In this document: in pieces, positions 1-9,857 of the stretch | Numbering within the stretch: position 1 is the stretch's first letter | Layout of the letters: each line of letters opens with the position of its first letter | Assembly: GCA_049718765.1 (NCBI GenBank) | Contig: JBNARI010000001.1 | Coordinates: 5,508 to 69,507, forward strand | Reading direction: 5' to 3' | Length of the DNA stretch: 64,000 nucleotides | Source: Bacillota bacterium | GTDB lineage: Bacteria > Bacillota > Sulfobacillia > DUMF01 | Notes under the pieces: model-generated | Told to the model about the DNA's origin: nothing | Database searches by the model: none | Seen by the model: only the letters and a program-made list of their open reading frames with translations | Made by a program: the position numbers and the translations under genes

Positions 1-2
1 AT

Positions 3-491
3 GGGTCGGGCGTGGCTGTGGTGGTGATCTGCAGCTCAAAGGGCTCCACAACCCGCACCCAAGAGGTGATCGAGGGAGAAATCGCAGAGATCACCCGAGA
101 CAGCGCTGGCTGGAAGGTGACAGTGAGGCTGGATAACGGCAGCACTAGACAAGTGCGCTTGCAGGAGGGAGCCTTCCCATCCCCCGAGACCCTCCGGGTT
201 CGGGACAGAGTGAGGGTGAGGCTGCGGGAGGGCCTGGGCGTTGAAGTCGTGCTCCTCTCTGCCCAGGAGATACGGGGCAGGATAGTGAACATAGTGACCA
301 CGCAGGAGCAGGTGCGCCTCACAGTGAGGACCCAGGAAAACAACGAGGTCACCTACGCCTTGGGATCAGGCGCCAGGATAACCTACAACGGCCAAGCGCT
401 TACACCGGACCAGTTGGTGCCAGGTGATAGCGTGGTGCTCACAATAGAGGACGGAACGATTGAGCAAGTGGAAGTCACCGCAAGGGAATAG
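3..491 (+). CDS. C-terminal part of an uncharacterised protein (frame open to the left window edge)
   Basis: Frame of ORF 12..491 stays open back to nt 3. Repeated beta-rich modules (EGEIAEITRD.., RGRIVNIVTT..). Strong terminator follows. No family recognised. Confidence 0.4.
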   Translation, partial: GSGVAVVVICSSKGSTTRTQEVIEGEIAEITRDSAGWKVTVRLDNGSTRQVRLQEGAFPSPETLRVRDRVRVRLREGLGVEVVLLSAQEIRGRIVNIVTTQEQVRLTVRTQENNEVTYALGSGARITYNGQALTPDQLVPGDSVVLTIEDGTIEQVEVTARE

Positions 492-507
492 GGAAGTATA
501 GGGGTAA

Positions 508-548
508 CCTCCCGGGCAAGACAATCTGCCCGGGAGGTTTATTCGTTT
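508..548 (+). terminator. Rho-independent terminator
   Basis: CCTCCCGGGC (508-517) pairs perfectly with GCCCGGGAGG (528-537). 10-nt loop, then TTTATTCGTTT. Confidence 0.75.
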
Positions 549-581
549 GGCTGGCGAACAATAAAGCTGGAGGGGGTTAGC

Positions 582-1007
582 TTGAGGAAGTCCATCAGCG
601 ACGGGGTGTGCGTGGAAGCAAGCCTCGTGATTGGAGCCCTTGAGGGTGACGGCGCAGCTCAAGCTCTGTTCGCCAGGTGGCGGCAGGAGGGGAAGGAGCT
701 GGTTGCGCCGGTGCTCCTTGATTACGAATTGCTTCATTGGCTGTGGCGAATTGGGCAGGAAAGTGGGGAGTGCTTGTCGAAATACCAGGCAATGGGAATA
801 GAGTTGTTCCATGGTAGGGCAGTGAGACAGCTTGCATCCCGGTTCGCCATGGGGAAGGAAGCCCTACCGTGGCGGGACTCAATTTACGTGGCCACTGCGT
901 ACATTCTGGCGTGTGACTTGTGGTCCAGGGACCCGGGGTTTGTGGAAAGGGCGCGAAAACGTTGGGAATGGGTATACCTGTTTGACAACGGTGACACCAA
1001 AGTTTAA
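582..1007 (+). CDS. PIN-domain (VapC-like) protein, orphan
   Basis: TTG start 5 nt after GGAGGGGG. Acidic quartet pattern VCVE.., LLDYEL, DSIYVATAYILACDLWSRDPGF. First acidic residue is Glu, not Asp. No antitoxin-sized ORF upstream. Confidence 0.5.
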   Translation: MRKSISDGVCVEASLVIGALEGDGAAQALFARWRQEGKELVAPVLLDYELLHWLWRIGQESGECLSKYQAMGIELFHGRAVRQLASRFAMGKEALPWRDSIYVATAYILACDLWSRDPGFVERARKRWEWVYLFDNGDTKV

Positions 1008-1046
1008 AGAGGGTTTTTGCGTTTGGCATCGAAACCTAACGTTGGA

Positions 1047-1409
1047 ATGGGCAAGTGGGTGTTGGTGGTAGACGATCGCAGGGCGGTCTGCTCCCTGGTG
1101 GAGCGGGTGCTGGGTCGGGACGGCTTCAACGTGCGCACCGCAATGGACGGACAGTCTGCCCTGGCAATTGCCCAGTCCGATCCCCCTCGCATGGCAATCG
1201 TGGACTACGTATTGCCGGGCAACATGACTGGGCTGGAGCTGCTTGGGCTGATCAAGAAGCTGTGGCCTGACACCAAGTGCGTACTAATGTCGGGAGCCTA
1301 CTGCGACTTCCGCAACTTGAGCGAATCGGCCGCAGTGGACGCAGTGCTGATCAAGCCATTTGAGGTAGAGGACCTGAGGCGAACTGTGATGGCTCTGACG
1401 GAAAGGTAG
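1047..1409 (+). CDS. Single-domain response regulator (CheY-like receiver)
   Basis: VLVVDD .. MAIVDYVLPG..G .. VLMSG .. LIKPF receiver motifs. ATG 1047 preferred over the track start TTG 1017. No output domain and no kinase nearby. Confidence 0.8.
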   Translation: MGKWVLVVDDRRAVCSLVERVLGRDGFNVRTAMDGQSALAIAQSDPPRMAIVDYVLPGNMTGLELLGLIKKLWPDTKCVLMSGAYCDFRNLSESAAVDAVLIKPFEVEDLRRTVMALTER

Positions 1410-1420
1410 AGGGTGCTTAG

Positions 1421-1816
1421 ATGAGCTGGGAAGCAACCTTGAGGGTTCGCATTAGCGAAAAGGACGTGCACTACGCTGGGGGGCTGGTGGCTGGGGCTAA
1501 GGTGATGGAGCTTTTCGGTGACGTAGCAACCGAGCTGCTGATCAGGTTTGACGGGGACGAAGGGCTACTGGCAGCATACGAAAAAGTTGAATTCAAGCAG
1601 CCTGTACACGCTGGGGACTATTTGGAAGTGAGGGGGAAAATAACCTCGGTGGGAAACACCTCCAGGAGGATGGAGCTAGAGGCCTGGAAGGTGATCAAAT
1701 GTCTTGATCCCGAAGCCAGCGGCTCTGCGGCTGAAGTGCTGGACCCCCCGGTCCTGGTGGCGAGGGCAGAAGCTGTATGCGTGGTTCCAAAGGAAAAACA
1801 AAGGTACAAGCACTAG
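1421..1816 (+). CDS. Hotdog-fold protein, 3-aminobutyryl-CoA ammonia-lyase/thioesterase-like
   Basis: 131 aa. LRVRISEKDVHYAGGLVAGAKVMELFGDVATELLIRFDGDEGLL..GDYLEV pattern matches my recollection of the Kal-type hotdog family. No other lysine-fermentation genes nearby. Confidence 0.5.
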   Translation: MSWEATLRVRISEKDVHYAGGLVAGAKVMELFGDVATELLIRFDGDEGLLAAYEKVEFKQPVHAGDYLEVRGKITSVGNTSRRMELEAWKVIKCLDPEASGSAAEVLDPPVLVARAEAVCVVPKEKQRYKH

Positions 1817-1826
1817 GGAGAGTGTT

Positions 1827-2501
1827 TTGACGTTGGTATACCATACGCAAAAGACAATTGCCTTGCGCTGCGCTTCGTGCGGCAAAATGGAGTTTCACCA
1901 CCTCAACCTGTTTGAGATCGCTGGGCAGGAAGATAGGGACTTCGCTTGTTCCTGTGGAAGGCAGAAGTTGCTGGTTGGTCTGGGCGATTCGGGCATATGG
2001 ATGATAGTCAACTGCTTGCTGTGCGAGGAAGAGCACTTGGTTATCGTACCCCTCGGGGACTACCTCAAGGGCGGCATTCACCCCATTTATTGCCCTGAGA
2101 CAGGCGCTGAGATCGCCTTCTTCGGCGAGCGCACCAGGGTCATCGCCGAGGCGGAAAACGGCCGCGTAAGCTTGGAAAGCCTTGCTGCTGCGGCGGAGCA
2201 GGAGTGCATCTACGAGTCGCCAGAGATAATGGTAGAAGTACTGAAGAAGCTCGACTCCTTGGCCACACACCACAAGTTGCGTTGCAGTTGCGGCAATAGG
2301 AAGCTTGAAATGAGGGTTGGCCAGTCTTCGGTTAGGGTGTATTGCCCAGTGTGCGGTCAGTATGCCATAATACAAGCTGTATGTGCCGAGGACGTCCAGC
2401 GCGTCAAGAAGCTGCGCAGCATTTGCCTTGGCCAAAAGGAAACCAGGAAGGCTGCAAACAAGCGCCGGAAGCTCGGCAAGGGCGAGTCGAAGCCCAATTA
2501 G
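1827..2501 (+). CDS. Cysteine-rich protein with two zinc-ribbon-like repeats, unknown function
   Basis: In-frame TTG 1827 lies 6 nt after AGGGAG and just after the hotdog stop (1816). Internal repeat CSCG[RN]xKL..G.S..V...C..C occurs twice. Lys/Arg-rich tail. Confidence 0.55.
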   Translation: MTLVYHTQKTIALRCASCGKMEFHHLNLFEIAGQEDRDFACSCGRQKLLVGLGDSGIWMIVNCLLCEEEHLVIVPLGDYLKGGIHPIYCPETGAEIAFFGERTRVIAEAENGRVSLESLAAAAEQECIYESPEIMVEVLKKLDSLATHHKLRCSCGNRKLEMRVGQSSVRVYCPVCGQYAIIQAVCAEDVQRVKKLRSICLGQKETRKAANKRRKLGKGESKPN

Positions 2502-2522
2502 CGCTTGGGAGGCTAGTTTAAC

Positions 2523-3170
2523 GTGAGGCTTTTCCTGGACACCGCAAACGTGGCGGAAATAGAAGAGGCTCTGAGCTGGGGAGTGATCTCTGGAGTAACT
2601 ACCAACCCTACGCTGGTATCCAGGGAGCAAGGGAGCTTTCACGACATCCTCCGGAAGATAACCGATTTAGTGCCGGGACCTGTGAGCGCTGAAGTGGTGA
2701 GCACGAAGGCCGAGGACATGGTCCTGGAAGCCCGGGAACTAGCGGAGCTGGCGTCAAACGTTGTTGTGAAAGTGCCCATGGGCGTGGAGGGTTTGAAGGC
2801 CATCAAGGTCTTGGCTTCGGAAGGCATTAAGACCAACTGCACCTTGGTGTTCTCGGTGAATCAGGCGTTGCTGGCGGTGCTGGCTGGGGCCACTTACGTG
2901 AGCCCCTTCGTTGGCAGGTTAGACGACATTGGCAGCGACGGTATGGGGCTTGTGCGGGACATCGTAGAAGTGTTTGACAAGCATGGCCTTAACGCTCAGG
3001 TGATTGCTGCAAGCATTAGGCACCCGATGCACGTGACTATGGCTGCCCTGGCCGGGGCGCACATTGCCACTGTGCCTTTCAAGGTGCTAAGGCAGATGGT
3101 GGACCATCCCCTCACCGATTTGGGAATTCAGCGGTTCCTTCAGGACTGGGAAAAGATGAAGCAGCGGTAG
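2523..3170 (+). CDS. tal: Short transaldolase / fructose-6-phosphate aldolase family protein
   Basis: 215 aa. [45 protein letters not shown] are typical of the TalC/Fsa subfamily. Confidence 0.9.
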   Translation: MRLFLDTANVAEIEEALSWGVISGVTTNPTLVSREQGSFHDILRKITDLVPGPVSAEVVSTKAEDMVLEARELAELASNVVVKVPMGVEGLKAIKVLASEGIKTNCTLVFSVNQALLAVLAGATYVSPFVGRLDDIGSDGMGLVRDIVEVFDKHGLNAQVIAASIRHPMHVTMAALAGAHIATVPFKVLRQMVDHPLTDLGIQRFLQDWEKMKQR

Positions 3171-3294
3171 GCCCCAGCTCCCATTTTAGTTGCGTGTCTC
3201 TCACCAGCTGCGGATGAGTTGCGTGATTTTGGGTATACTTGAGTTGCCCCACTTTCCCCTTTTATCCCTACACTTGCAATGAGGTGATAATCAA

Positions 3295-4608
3295 ATGTCA
3301 AGTATTGAGGCTCAGGAGCAGGTCCAGCAGCCTCAGCAGCCTCAGCCGGTTCAGTACACTTTCAGCCAGCTGGAGCAAATGACCCTGAGCGAGCTCCAAA
3401 AGGTTGCCAGAAGCCTGAATATGACGGGCTACTCTACTCTCAGGAAGAGGGAGCTCATCTTCGAGATCCTCAAGGCCAGGACAGAACAGGGCGGGCTCAT
3501 ATTTGCTGAAGGCGTGTTGGAGATAATGCCAGAGGGGTTCGGCTTCCTGAGGCCCAACTTCTATTTGCCTAGCAAAGAGGACATCTACGTTTCTCCATCC
3601 CAGATCCGCCGGTTTGACCTGCGCACGGGCGACCTAATTACTGGTCAGGTGAGACCCCCAAAGGAAAACGAAAAGTACTATGGCTTGCTCCGGGTGGAAG
3701 CGGTGAACGGTCAGGACCCTGAGCTTTCCAGGGAGCGCGCCTATTTCGAAGGGCTGACCCCAGTTTTCCCCTACAGGAGGCTTTACCTTGAGACCACCAG
3801 GGAAGAGGTATCCACAAGGCTGATTGACCTGGTAGCGCCAATTGGTTGTGGCCAGCGTGGCCTGATAGTGTCCCCTCCCAAAGCCGGCAAGACGGTGCTG
3901 CTCAAGAAGATCGCAAACGGCATTGCCACAAACGCTCCAGACGTGCACCTGATGGTGCTACTCGTGGACGAAAGGCCCGAAGAAGTGACGGACATGGAGA
4001 GGTCCGTGAAGGGCGAGGTGATCAGCTCCACGTTCGACGAAGTGCCCGAAAACCACATCCGCGTGGCGGAAATGGTGCTGGAGCGGGCAAAGCGCCTCGT
4101 GGAGTGTGGCAAGGACGTGGTTATACTGCTGGACAGCATCACCCGCCTCACCAGGGCGTACAACCTCCTGGTTCCGCCAAGCGGTCGCACCTTGACCGGT
4201 GGCATAGACCCCACCGCGTTCCACAAGCCCAAGCGGTTCTTTGGCGCTGCGCGCCAGGTGGAAGAGGGGGGAAGCCTCACCATAATTGCCACGGCCTTAA
4301 TAGACACAGGAAGCAAGATGGACGACGTGATCTACGAGGAGTTCAAAGGCACGGGCAACATGGAGCTGCACCTGGACAGGAGGTTCGCCGAGAAGAGGAT
4401 ATTCCCAGCCATAGACATCAAGAGGTCCGGCACCAGGAAGGAAGAGCTGCTGCTCAGACCAGATGAGCTCGAGGTGATGTGGGCGCTGCGTAAGGCCACC
4501 AACGACAGGGATCCAGGTGTTGTGCTGGAGATGATCATCGACAAGTTGATGAAGACTAGATCCAACAAGGAATTCCTCGCCATGCTTCAAAAGGAGCTCA
4601 AGTCGTGA
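3295..4608 (+). CDS. rho: Transcription termination factor Rho
   Basis: 437 aa. N-terminal RNA-binding domain (GFGFLR). Walker [18 protein letters not shown]. Short Q/P-rich N-terminal extension. Confidence 0.97.
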   Translation: MSSIEAQEQVQQPQQPQPVQYTFSQLEQMTLSELQKVARSLNMTGYSTLRKRELIFEILKARTEQGGLIFAEGVLEIMPEGFGFLRPNFYLPSKEDIYVSPSQIRRFDLRTGDLITGQVRPPKENEKYYGLLRVEAVNGQDPELSRERAYFEGLTPVFPYRRLYLETTREEVSTRLIDLVAPIGCGQRGLIVSPPKAGKTVLLKKIANGIATNAPDVHLMVLLVDERPEEVTDMERSVKGEVISSTFDEVPENHIRVAEMVLERAKRLVECGKDVVILLDSITRLTRAYNLLVPPSGRTLTGGIDPTAFHKPKRFFGAARQVEEGGSLTIIATALIDTGSKMDDVIYEEFKGTGNMELHLDRRFAEKRIFPAIDIKRSGTRKEELLLRPDELEVMWALRKATNDRDPGVVLEMIIDKLMKTRSNKEFLAMLQKELKS

Positions 4609-5791
4609 ACCCGAAGTCGGGGAGCCTCGGACCCATGCCCAAGTAATGGAGCAGGCCTGCGACGGTGCGCATTGCGGCCTTGCCGTCTCCGTAAGGGTTT
4701 GTTGCCCTGGACATGCGCTCGTATTCTTCGAGATCGTTGAACAGCCTCATGGCAGTGGCCCAAATGACGTCGGGATTTGTCCCAACGAGCTTGACAGTGT
4801 TGGCATGGACTGCTTCTGGGCGTTCGGTCTTGTCCCTAGTGAGCAGCACCGGCTTTCCAATTGCGGGCGCCTCCTCCTGCACCCCACCGGAGTCGCTGAC
4901 TATGAAGTATGAGCGCAGCATGAGGTTCGCCCAATCCGGGTAGTCCACAGGGTCAAGCACTACAAGTCTAGGGGAGGGCTTGAGCTCCTGAGAAGCGGGA
5001 AGTTGCACTTCGGGGTTCTTGTGCAGGGACAACACCATGATGCCATCACCAGGCATAGTGTCCACCAGCCTGGCCAAGGCTTGAAACACCCTCCTCATGG
5101 GTTCTCCGAAGTTCTCCCGGCGATGCACCTCAACCAACACCACTCGCTTGCGAAGGAAAAGCCCCTCCAGCTGCATTTGCTTGAGCAGGGGATGGGCGAA
5201 GGTGTAGTCCTGGTTCACAGTCATGAGCAGGGCGTCTATTGCTGTGTTGCCCGTGACGTAAATGTGCTCGGGCGACGTTCCCTCGCGAAGCAAGTTTTGC
5301 TTTGCCTGTTGGGTGGGGGCAAAGTGGACGTCCGAAAGGGCGTCGCACAGCTTGCGCATGGCTTCCTCAGGAAAAGGCGCGTATTTGTCTCCGGTGCGCA
5401 GGCCCGCTTCCACGTGCCCCAGGGTGATCTTGTGGTAGTAAGCTGCCAGGGAAGCGCAAAAGGTGGTGGCTGTGTCGCCGTGCACCAGCACCACATCGGG
5501 CCTGGCCTGCTGGTAAACCCGGGACATGCCACTGATTGTGCGCACTGATACGTCTGTGAGGGATTGACCTGGCTGCATGATGTCCAGGTCGTAGTCGGGA
5601 ACTATGCCAAAGTGGTGCAGAACCGTGTCCAGCATTTCGCGGTGCTGGGCGGTCACGGCAACCATGGGGTGGAACTGGGGGTGGCGTCTCAGCTCGGCCA
5701 CCACGGGAGCCATCTTGATGGCCTCGGGACGGGTGCCAAAGACGCACATTACCTTTACTAGTTTGGAGCGTTCAGCCGCTTGGGGTGTCAT
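4598..5791 (-). CDS. mnaA: UDP-N-acetylglucosamine 2-epimerase (non-hydrolysing)
   Basis: 397 aa. [21 protein letters not shown] and [11 protein letters not shown] motifs. 3' end overlaps the rho 3' end by 11 nt (convergent). Confidence 0.93.
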   Translation of the reverse strand: MTPQAAERSKLVKVMCVFGTRPEAIKMAPVVAELRRHPQFHPMVAVTAQHREMLDTVLHHFGIVPDYDLDIMQPGQSLTDVSVRTISGMSRVYQQARPDVVLVHGDTATTFCASLAAYYHKITLGHVEAGLRTGDKYAPFPEEAMRKLCDALSDVHFAPTQQAKQNLLREGTSPEHIYVTGNTAIDALLMTVNQDYTFAHPLLKQMQLEGLFLRKRVVLVEVHRRENFGEPMRRVFQALARLVDTMPGDGIMVLSLHKNPEVQLPASQELKPSPRLVVLDPVDYPDWANLMLRSYFIVSDSGGVQEEAPAIGKPVLLTRDKTERPEAVHANTVKLVGTNPDVIWATAMRLFNDLEEYERMSRATNPYGDGKAAMRTVAGLLHYLGMGPRLPDFGFTT

Positions 5792-6828
5792 GGCTCCCGC
5801 TTCTTGGGGTTGCCGGCGGTCAGCTCAAGGATTCCAGCTTTGCTGGCACCGATTATCAGGCTACCGCTCAGGCAGCCTGCCAGGAGGGCCCCCTTGAGGA
5901 AGCTTGAGCGGAACACGATCACTGCGCCCACCGAAAGCACCAGGGACACGGCGTACAGGGTAAGCACTGCGCCCCGCTGGCTGAAGCCCTTCTGGAGCAA
6001 CTGGTGGTGGATGTGGCATTTGTCTGCCTCGCTAATGGGCCTCCCGCTCACTATGCGCCTCACCACAGCAAAACCTGTGTCCAGAATGGGCACACCCAGG
6101 ACCATGATGGGCACTGCTAAGGCGGTGGCTGTTGCAGACTTAAGAGTGCCCTCAACCGAAATTGCGGCCAGGGCAAACCCAAGGAACATGGAGCCAGCGT
6201 CTCCCATGAAAATCCTGGCGGGGTTGAAGTTGTAAGGCAAAAAGCCCAGGGTGCAGCCTGCAAGGCTTGCGGTCATGATCACGGCGTGAGCTTGTCCTGC
6301 CATGATATCTATAACCATGAGGGCGAAACAGGCAATTGCTGTGATGCCCGCGGCAAGCCCGTCAAGCCCGTCTATCAAGTTGATTACGTTCATAATTGCC
6401 ACAATCCACAGCACTGTCACTGGGTAGCTCAGCCATCCCAGCAGGATAAGCCCGCCACCTGGCCTGGTGATGAAATCTATAGAAATTCCCATAAGCCAGG
6501 CGATCGTCCCAATGGCGATTTGGCCGGCCAGCTTCGCCCTGGGGGACAGCCCCCGCAGGTCATCCACTGCTCCCAGGATCAATGCCAGAAAGCAGCCGGC
6601 AAGCACAGGTGCAAGTTGGATCTCCTTGCCCTTGACGAACAAGGCGCAGCTTGCCGCAAAGCCCGCGAATATGGCCAACCCGCCCATGGTAGGCACGGGC
6701 ACGTCGTGCACGCTCCGCTCACAGGGCATCTTGTACAGCCCTGCGCGGGCTGCCAAAGCCCTCACTGCAGGAGTAAGCGCTGCAGAAACTGATAAGCTCA
6801 CCGCTAAAGGTAGTAGGAATCCTGGCAA
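5788..6828 (-). CDS. tagO: Polyprenyl-phosphate N-acetylhexosamine-1-phosphate transferase (TagO/WecA-like)
   Basis: 346 aa polytopic membrane protein. NLIDGLDGLA and FMGDAGS motifs of the MraY/WecA family. 4-nt overlap with mnaA. Confidence 0.85.
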   Translation of the reverse strand: MPGFLLPLAVSLSVSAALTPAVRALAARAGLYKMPCERSVHDVPVPTMGGLAIFAGFAASCALFVKGKEIQLAPVLAGCFLALILGAVDDLRGLSPRAKLAGQIAIGTIAWLMGISIDFITRPGGGLILLGWLSYPVTVLWIVAIMNVINLIDGLDGLAAGITAIACFALMVIDIMAGQAHAVIMTASLAGCTLGFLPYNFNPARIFMGDAGSMFLGFALAAISVEGTLKSATATALAVPIMVLGVPILDTGFAVVRRIVSGRPISEADKCHIHHQLLQKGFSQRGAVLTLYAVSLVLSVGAVIVFRSSFLKGALLAGCLSGSLIIGASKAGILELTAGNPKKREP

Positions 6829-6920
6829 TTCAACCCCACTCCAAACCCTGTTCCTTACTGTACTTTAGTATTCCGAAGCCCAGGCGTCAACCTGCGTAAT
6901 CCCAATGTTGCACTGGGCGA

Positions 6921-7241
6921 TCAAAGGGAAAGATACCCCTTTCTCATGAGCTTTGCAATATGTTCGTCCAGCGCCGCGCTCATGTCTATGCCGTACTGTT
7001 CTTCAAGGACGAACATCATGGTCACAGCCGTTTGGGCCACATCCAACAATTCCAGGCTCAGGGCCATGGCCTGTTCTGGCCCAATATCGGCCTTCTCCCG
7101 ATCTATGCCCCGAAACCTGATGATGGCTGCTGCCAGTTCTCCCGCCTCTTCCATGAGCTTGAGGGCTGTAGACTCCAACGACGGATTTAGCTTGTTGGGC
7201 CGCGGTAAGGAAATGGTCTTGGTCTTGACCTCAGGAGCCAC
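6921..7241 (-). CDS. MazG-like nucleotide pyrophosphohydrolase family protein
   Basis: 106 aa all-helical. [12 protein letters not shown] .. [23 protein letters not shown] pattern of small MazG-like proteins. Confidence 0.5.
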   Translation of the reverse strand: MAPEVKTKTISLPRPNKLNPSLESTALKLMEEAGELAAAIIRFRGIDREKADIGPEQAMALSLELLDVAQTAVTMMFVLEEQYGIDMSAALDEHIAKLMRKGYLSL

Positions 7242-7692
7242 GAGTCATTCTCCTTTCCACCGGGATGCCAGCCTCTGCCAGCAACTGCCGGGCAAGTTCG
7301 TCCGGATAGGGGTCTGCGAACACTATCCTGACTATGCCCGCGTTGATCAACATCTTGGCGCAAAGGGCGCACGGCTCTGTAGTGCAGTAGAGGGTGGAAC
7401 CAGCCACCACTATGCCGTACCTTGCCGCCTGGACCAGGGCGTTTTGCTCCGCGTGCAGGCCGCGGCACATCTCGTGGCGCTCCCCTGAAGGGACGCTCAG
7501 CTTTTCCCGCAGGCACCCCACCTCAGCGCAGTGGGGGAGACCGGTGGGCGCACCGTTGTAGCCAGTGGCCAGGATGCGCTTCTCCTTCACGAGCACCGCG
7601 CCCACTGCTCGCCTGAGGCAGGTGGAGCGCTTGCTCACCACCGCAGCCACTTCCATGAAGTATTCATCCCATGAAGGCCTAATCCAGCTCAT
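7231..7692 (-). CDS. comEB: dCMP deaminase (ComEB-type)
   Basis: HAEQNAL and [14 protein letters not shown] zinc-deaminase motifs. 153 aa. Confidence 0.9.
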   Translation of the reverse strand: MSWIRPSWDEYFMEVAAVVSKRSTCLRRAVGAVLVKEKRILATGYNGAPTGLPHCAEVGCLREKLSVPSGERHEMCRGLHAEQNALVQAARYGIVVAGSTLYCTTEPCALCAKMLINAGIVRIVFADPYPDELARQLLAEAGIPVERRMTRGS

Positions 7693-8330
7693 TTTGTGCC
7701 GAACAGACGGTCGCCGGCGTCGCCAAGGCCAGGCACAATGTAGCCGTGGTCATTTAGCCCTTGGTCCACAGCAGCGCAGTAAATCTCCACGTCCGGGTGC
7801 TTGGAAAGTACGAGCTCGATGCCTTCGGGAGCTGCAATCAGGCACATAACCTTCACTGAGCGGGGATTGCGCTGCTTGATCAGGTCCAAGGCCAAGCTCA
7901 CAGATCCCCCTGTGGCCAGCATGGGGTCCACCAGCAGGAAATCCCGTTCCTCGGCGTCTGCAGGCAATTTGCAGTAATACTGCACTGGCTTCAAGGTGTC
8001 AGGGTCCCTGTAAAGGCCTATGTGGCCAACCTTGGCGGTGGGTATTAGCTTGAGTATGCCTGGCACCATGCCCAGACCAGCCCTTAGGATTGCCACCACC
8101 CCGAGTTTCTTGCCCGCAATTACCCTGGTGCGGGCGCTGCAAATTGGCGTGTTGACCACAGTCTCCTCGGTGGGGAGGTCGCGGGTGGCATCGTAGGCCA
8201 TCAGCATGGCGAGCTCTTCCACCAGCTCCCGGAACTCCTTCACGCCAGTGTTTTGGTCCCTAATGAAGCTCAACTTGTGCTGGATCAAAGGGTGATCCAA
8301 TATTTTCACTTGTTTCCATCTGGATTCCAT
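7689..8330 (-). CDS. upp: Uracil phosphoribosyltransferase
   Basis: Start set at ATG 8330 ([20 protein letters not shown]), which gives the usual ~210 aa. PRPP motif [12 protein letters not shown]. The track ORF extends to 8399. Confidence 0.95.
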   Translation of the reverse strand: MESRWKQVKILDHPLIQHKLSFIRDQNTGVKEFRELVEELAMLMAYDATRDLPTEETVVNTPICSARTRVIAGKKLGVVAILRAGLGMVPGILKLIPTAKVGHIGLYRDPDTLKPVQYYCKLPADAEERDFLLVDPMLATGGSVSLALDLIKQRNPRSVKVMCLIAAPEGIELVLSKHPDVEIYCAAVDQGLNDHGYIVPGLGDAGDRLFGTK

Positions 8331-8334
8331 TGCA

Positions 8335-8943
8335 TCAGACTCCCTTGCCGAATTTCTCCTCAATTTCGTCCTTCCTGTATACCGCGCGTTCCCCACCAAT
8401 GAGCTTTGGTCTGGTGCGGGCCATGGTGAGGTGGGCGTGGCCTATGCTCTTGATTGGCAGCCTCACTGGCACTGCCACCGCCCTCAAATGCATCCCGATG
8501 AACGTGTCCCCAATGTCGATGCCTGCGTGCGCCTTGATGGACTCCACCACAACTGGGTTGTTGAACATCTCCATTGCCATGGCTGCTGTGGCGCCGCCAG
8601 CTTTGGGCACCGGGTAGACGGTCACCGGTTCCAAATTGTACAGCTCCGCGCATTCTTCTTCCACCACCAGGGCCCTGTTCAGGTGCTCGCAACACTGGAT
8701 TGCCAGGAATATGCCGTGGCGCTCAGCCGTTTCCATGAGCACCTCGAGCAGGGCTGCTGCTACCTCGGTGCTGCTTGAGGAGCCAATCCGCTTTCCCAGC
8801 ACCTCGCTGGTTGAACAGCCAACCACCAGTATTTGCCGGGGTTTCAAGCGGGCAACGCTCAGCAACCCGTCAAGGGCTTGCTTGAGCTGGTGCTTGATCT
8901 CGTTGAGGTCAACATCGCTCAAGTGAGTCACTCCCCTTGGCAA
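8335..8943 (-). CDS. UPF0340/TIGR01440 family protein (YwlG-like)
   Basis: [15 protein letters not shown] .. [12 protein letters not shown] pattern recalled for YwlG-type proteins. Syntenic with rpiB/upp. Confidence 0.75.
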   Translation of the reverse strand: MPRGVTHLSDVDLNEIKHQLKQALDGLLSVARLKPRQILVVGCSTSEVLGKRIGSSSSTEVAAALLEVLMETAERHGIFLAIQCCEHLNRALVVEEECAELYNLEPVTVYPVPKAGGATAAMAMEMFNNPVVVESIKAHAGIDIGDTFIGMHLRAVAVPVRLPIKSIGHAHLTMARTRPKLIGGERAVYRKDEIEEKFGKGV

Positions 8944-9385
8944 GCAAGTCCCGTTCCATGCGTGCTATTTTATCGAGGCGGCGCTGATGCCGACCGCCGT
9001 CGAAGCCCTCGCTCAGCCAAGCCTTGACTATTTCCCGGGCCAGTCCTGGTCCCACAACCCTCCCGCCCATGCACAGCACGTTGGAGTCGTTGTGGTTCCT
9101 TGTGGCTTTCGCGGAAAACACGTCATGGCACAGGGCTGCCCTTATGCCTGGCACCTTGTTTGCGGCTATGCACATGCCAATGCCTGTGCCGCAAAGGAGT
9201 ATTCCCCGCTGGAATTCTCCCCGGGCCACCGCTTCCGCTACGGCGCGCGCAATGTCGGGGTAATCCACTGGATCGGGCGAGTAGGTGCCGAAGTCCACAG
9301 CTTCTATCCCCAGCTCTCCCAGGAGCGCCATTACCTCTTGCTTGAGCAAGTAGCCACCATGATCAGCTCCAACTGCTACTCTCAC
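8909..9385 (-). CDS. rpiB: Ribose-5-phosphate isomerase B
   Basis: MRVAVGADHGGY .. LLCGTGIGMCIAANK .. RNHNDSNVLCMGGR. Confidence 0.93.
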   Translation of the reverse strand: MRVAVGADHGGYLLKQEVMALLGELGIEAVDFGTYSPDPVDYPDIARAVAEAVARGEFQRGILLCGTGIGMCIAANKVPGIRAALCHDVFSAKATRNHNDSNVLCMGGRVVGPGLAREIVKAWLSEGFDGGRHQRRLDKIARMERDLLAKGSDSLERC

Positions 9386-9386
9386 G

Positions 9387-9857
9387 TCACGACCCCGCTT
9401 CCCTTGAGGTTTGTGCTCGAATCCGGTTCAGGGCAAGCTCCAGCAACTGCTGAAGCTTGTCAGCTGTGCGCCTGTACTCTTCCAGGGGCTGGCCGAAGGG
9501 GTCATCGACATCTTCAGTGCTGTCTTGGGCAAACCCAGATAGGGTGAAGGTCTTGGACGCCAGGGACGGCCACTTCTGGAGGATCCTATCCCTTTGCCAG
9601 GCTTCCATGGTGAGGATGAGGTCTGCCTCCTGGGCAAGCTCCAGCTTGAAAGGCTTGGTGCGGTGACCAGTGAGATCCAGCCCCCGCTCTGACATGGCTT
9701 TTATGGCCTGATCCCACGCAGGCTTCCCCTCGATGGCGTCTAGGCCGCATGAGTCAACATCAATTTGGACTGCGCTGTCTTGGGCGAGCTTGCGCAGGAT
9801 GGCAGCTGCCATTGGACTGCGGCACGTGTTCCCCGAGCACACCAACAGCACCTTCAT
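9387..9857 (-). CDS. Low-molecular-weight protein phosphatase (YwlE-like arginine/tyrosine phosphatase)
   Basis: CX5R P-loop VCSGNTCRSPMA. DPFG motif. 156 aa. Confidence 0.9.
   Translation of the reverse strand: MKVLLVCSGNTCRSPMAAAILRKLAQDSAVQIDVDSCGLDAIEGKPAWDQAIKAMSERGLDLTGHRTKPFKLELAQEADLILTMEAWQRDRILQKWPSLASKTFTLSGFAQDSTEDVDDPFGQPLEEYRRTADKLQQLLELALNRIRAQTSREAGS

Noticed and set aside
1695-2642. 315-aa minus-strand ORF, and similar long shadow ORFs: 10209-11216 (+), 11681-12676 (+), 22605-23369 (-), 50011-50922 (-), 62426-63514 (+), 62755-63621 (+).
   Set aside because: Each lies antisense to, or out of frame within, a well-supported conserved gene. They have Arg/Pro/Gly/Ala-rich low-complexity translations typical of GC-rich non-coding frames, and none has a convincing SD.
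3295-3372. Q/P-rich N-terminal extension of Rho ([16 protein letters not shown]), considered as a possible prion-like insertion.
   Set aside because: It is only about 25 residues, far shorter than the N/Q-rich insertion domains described in some clostridial Rho proteins.
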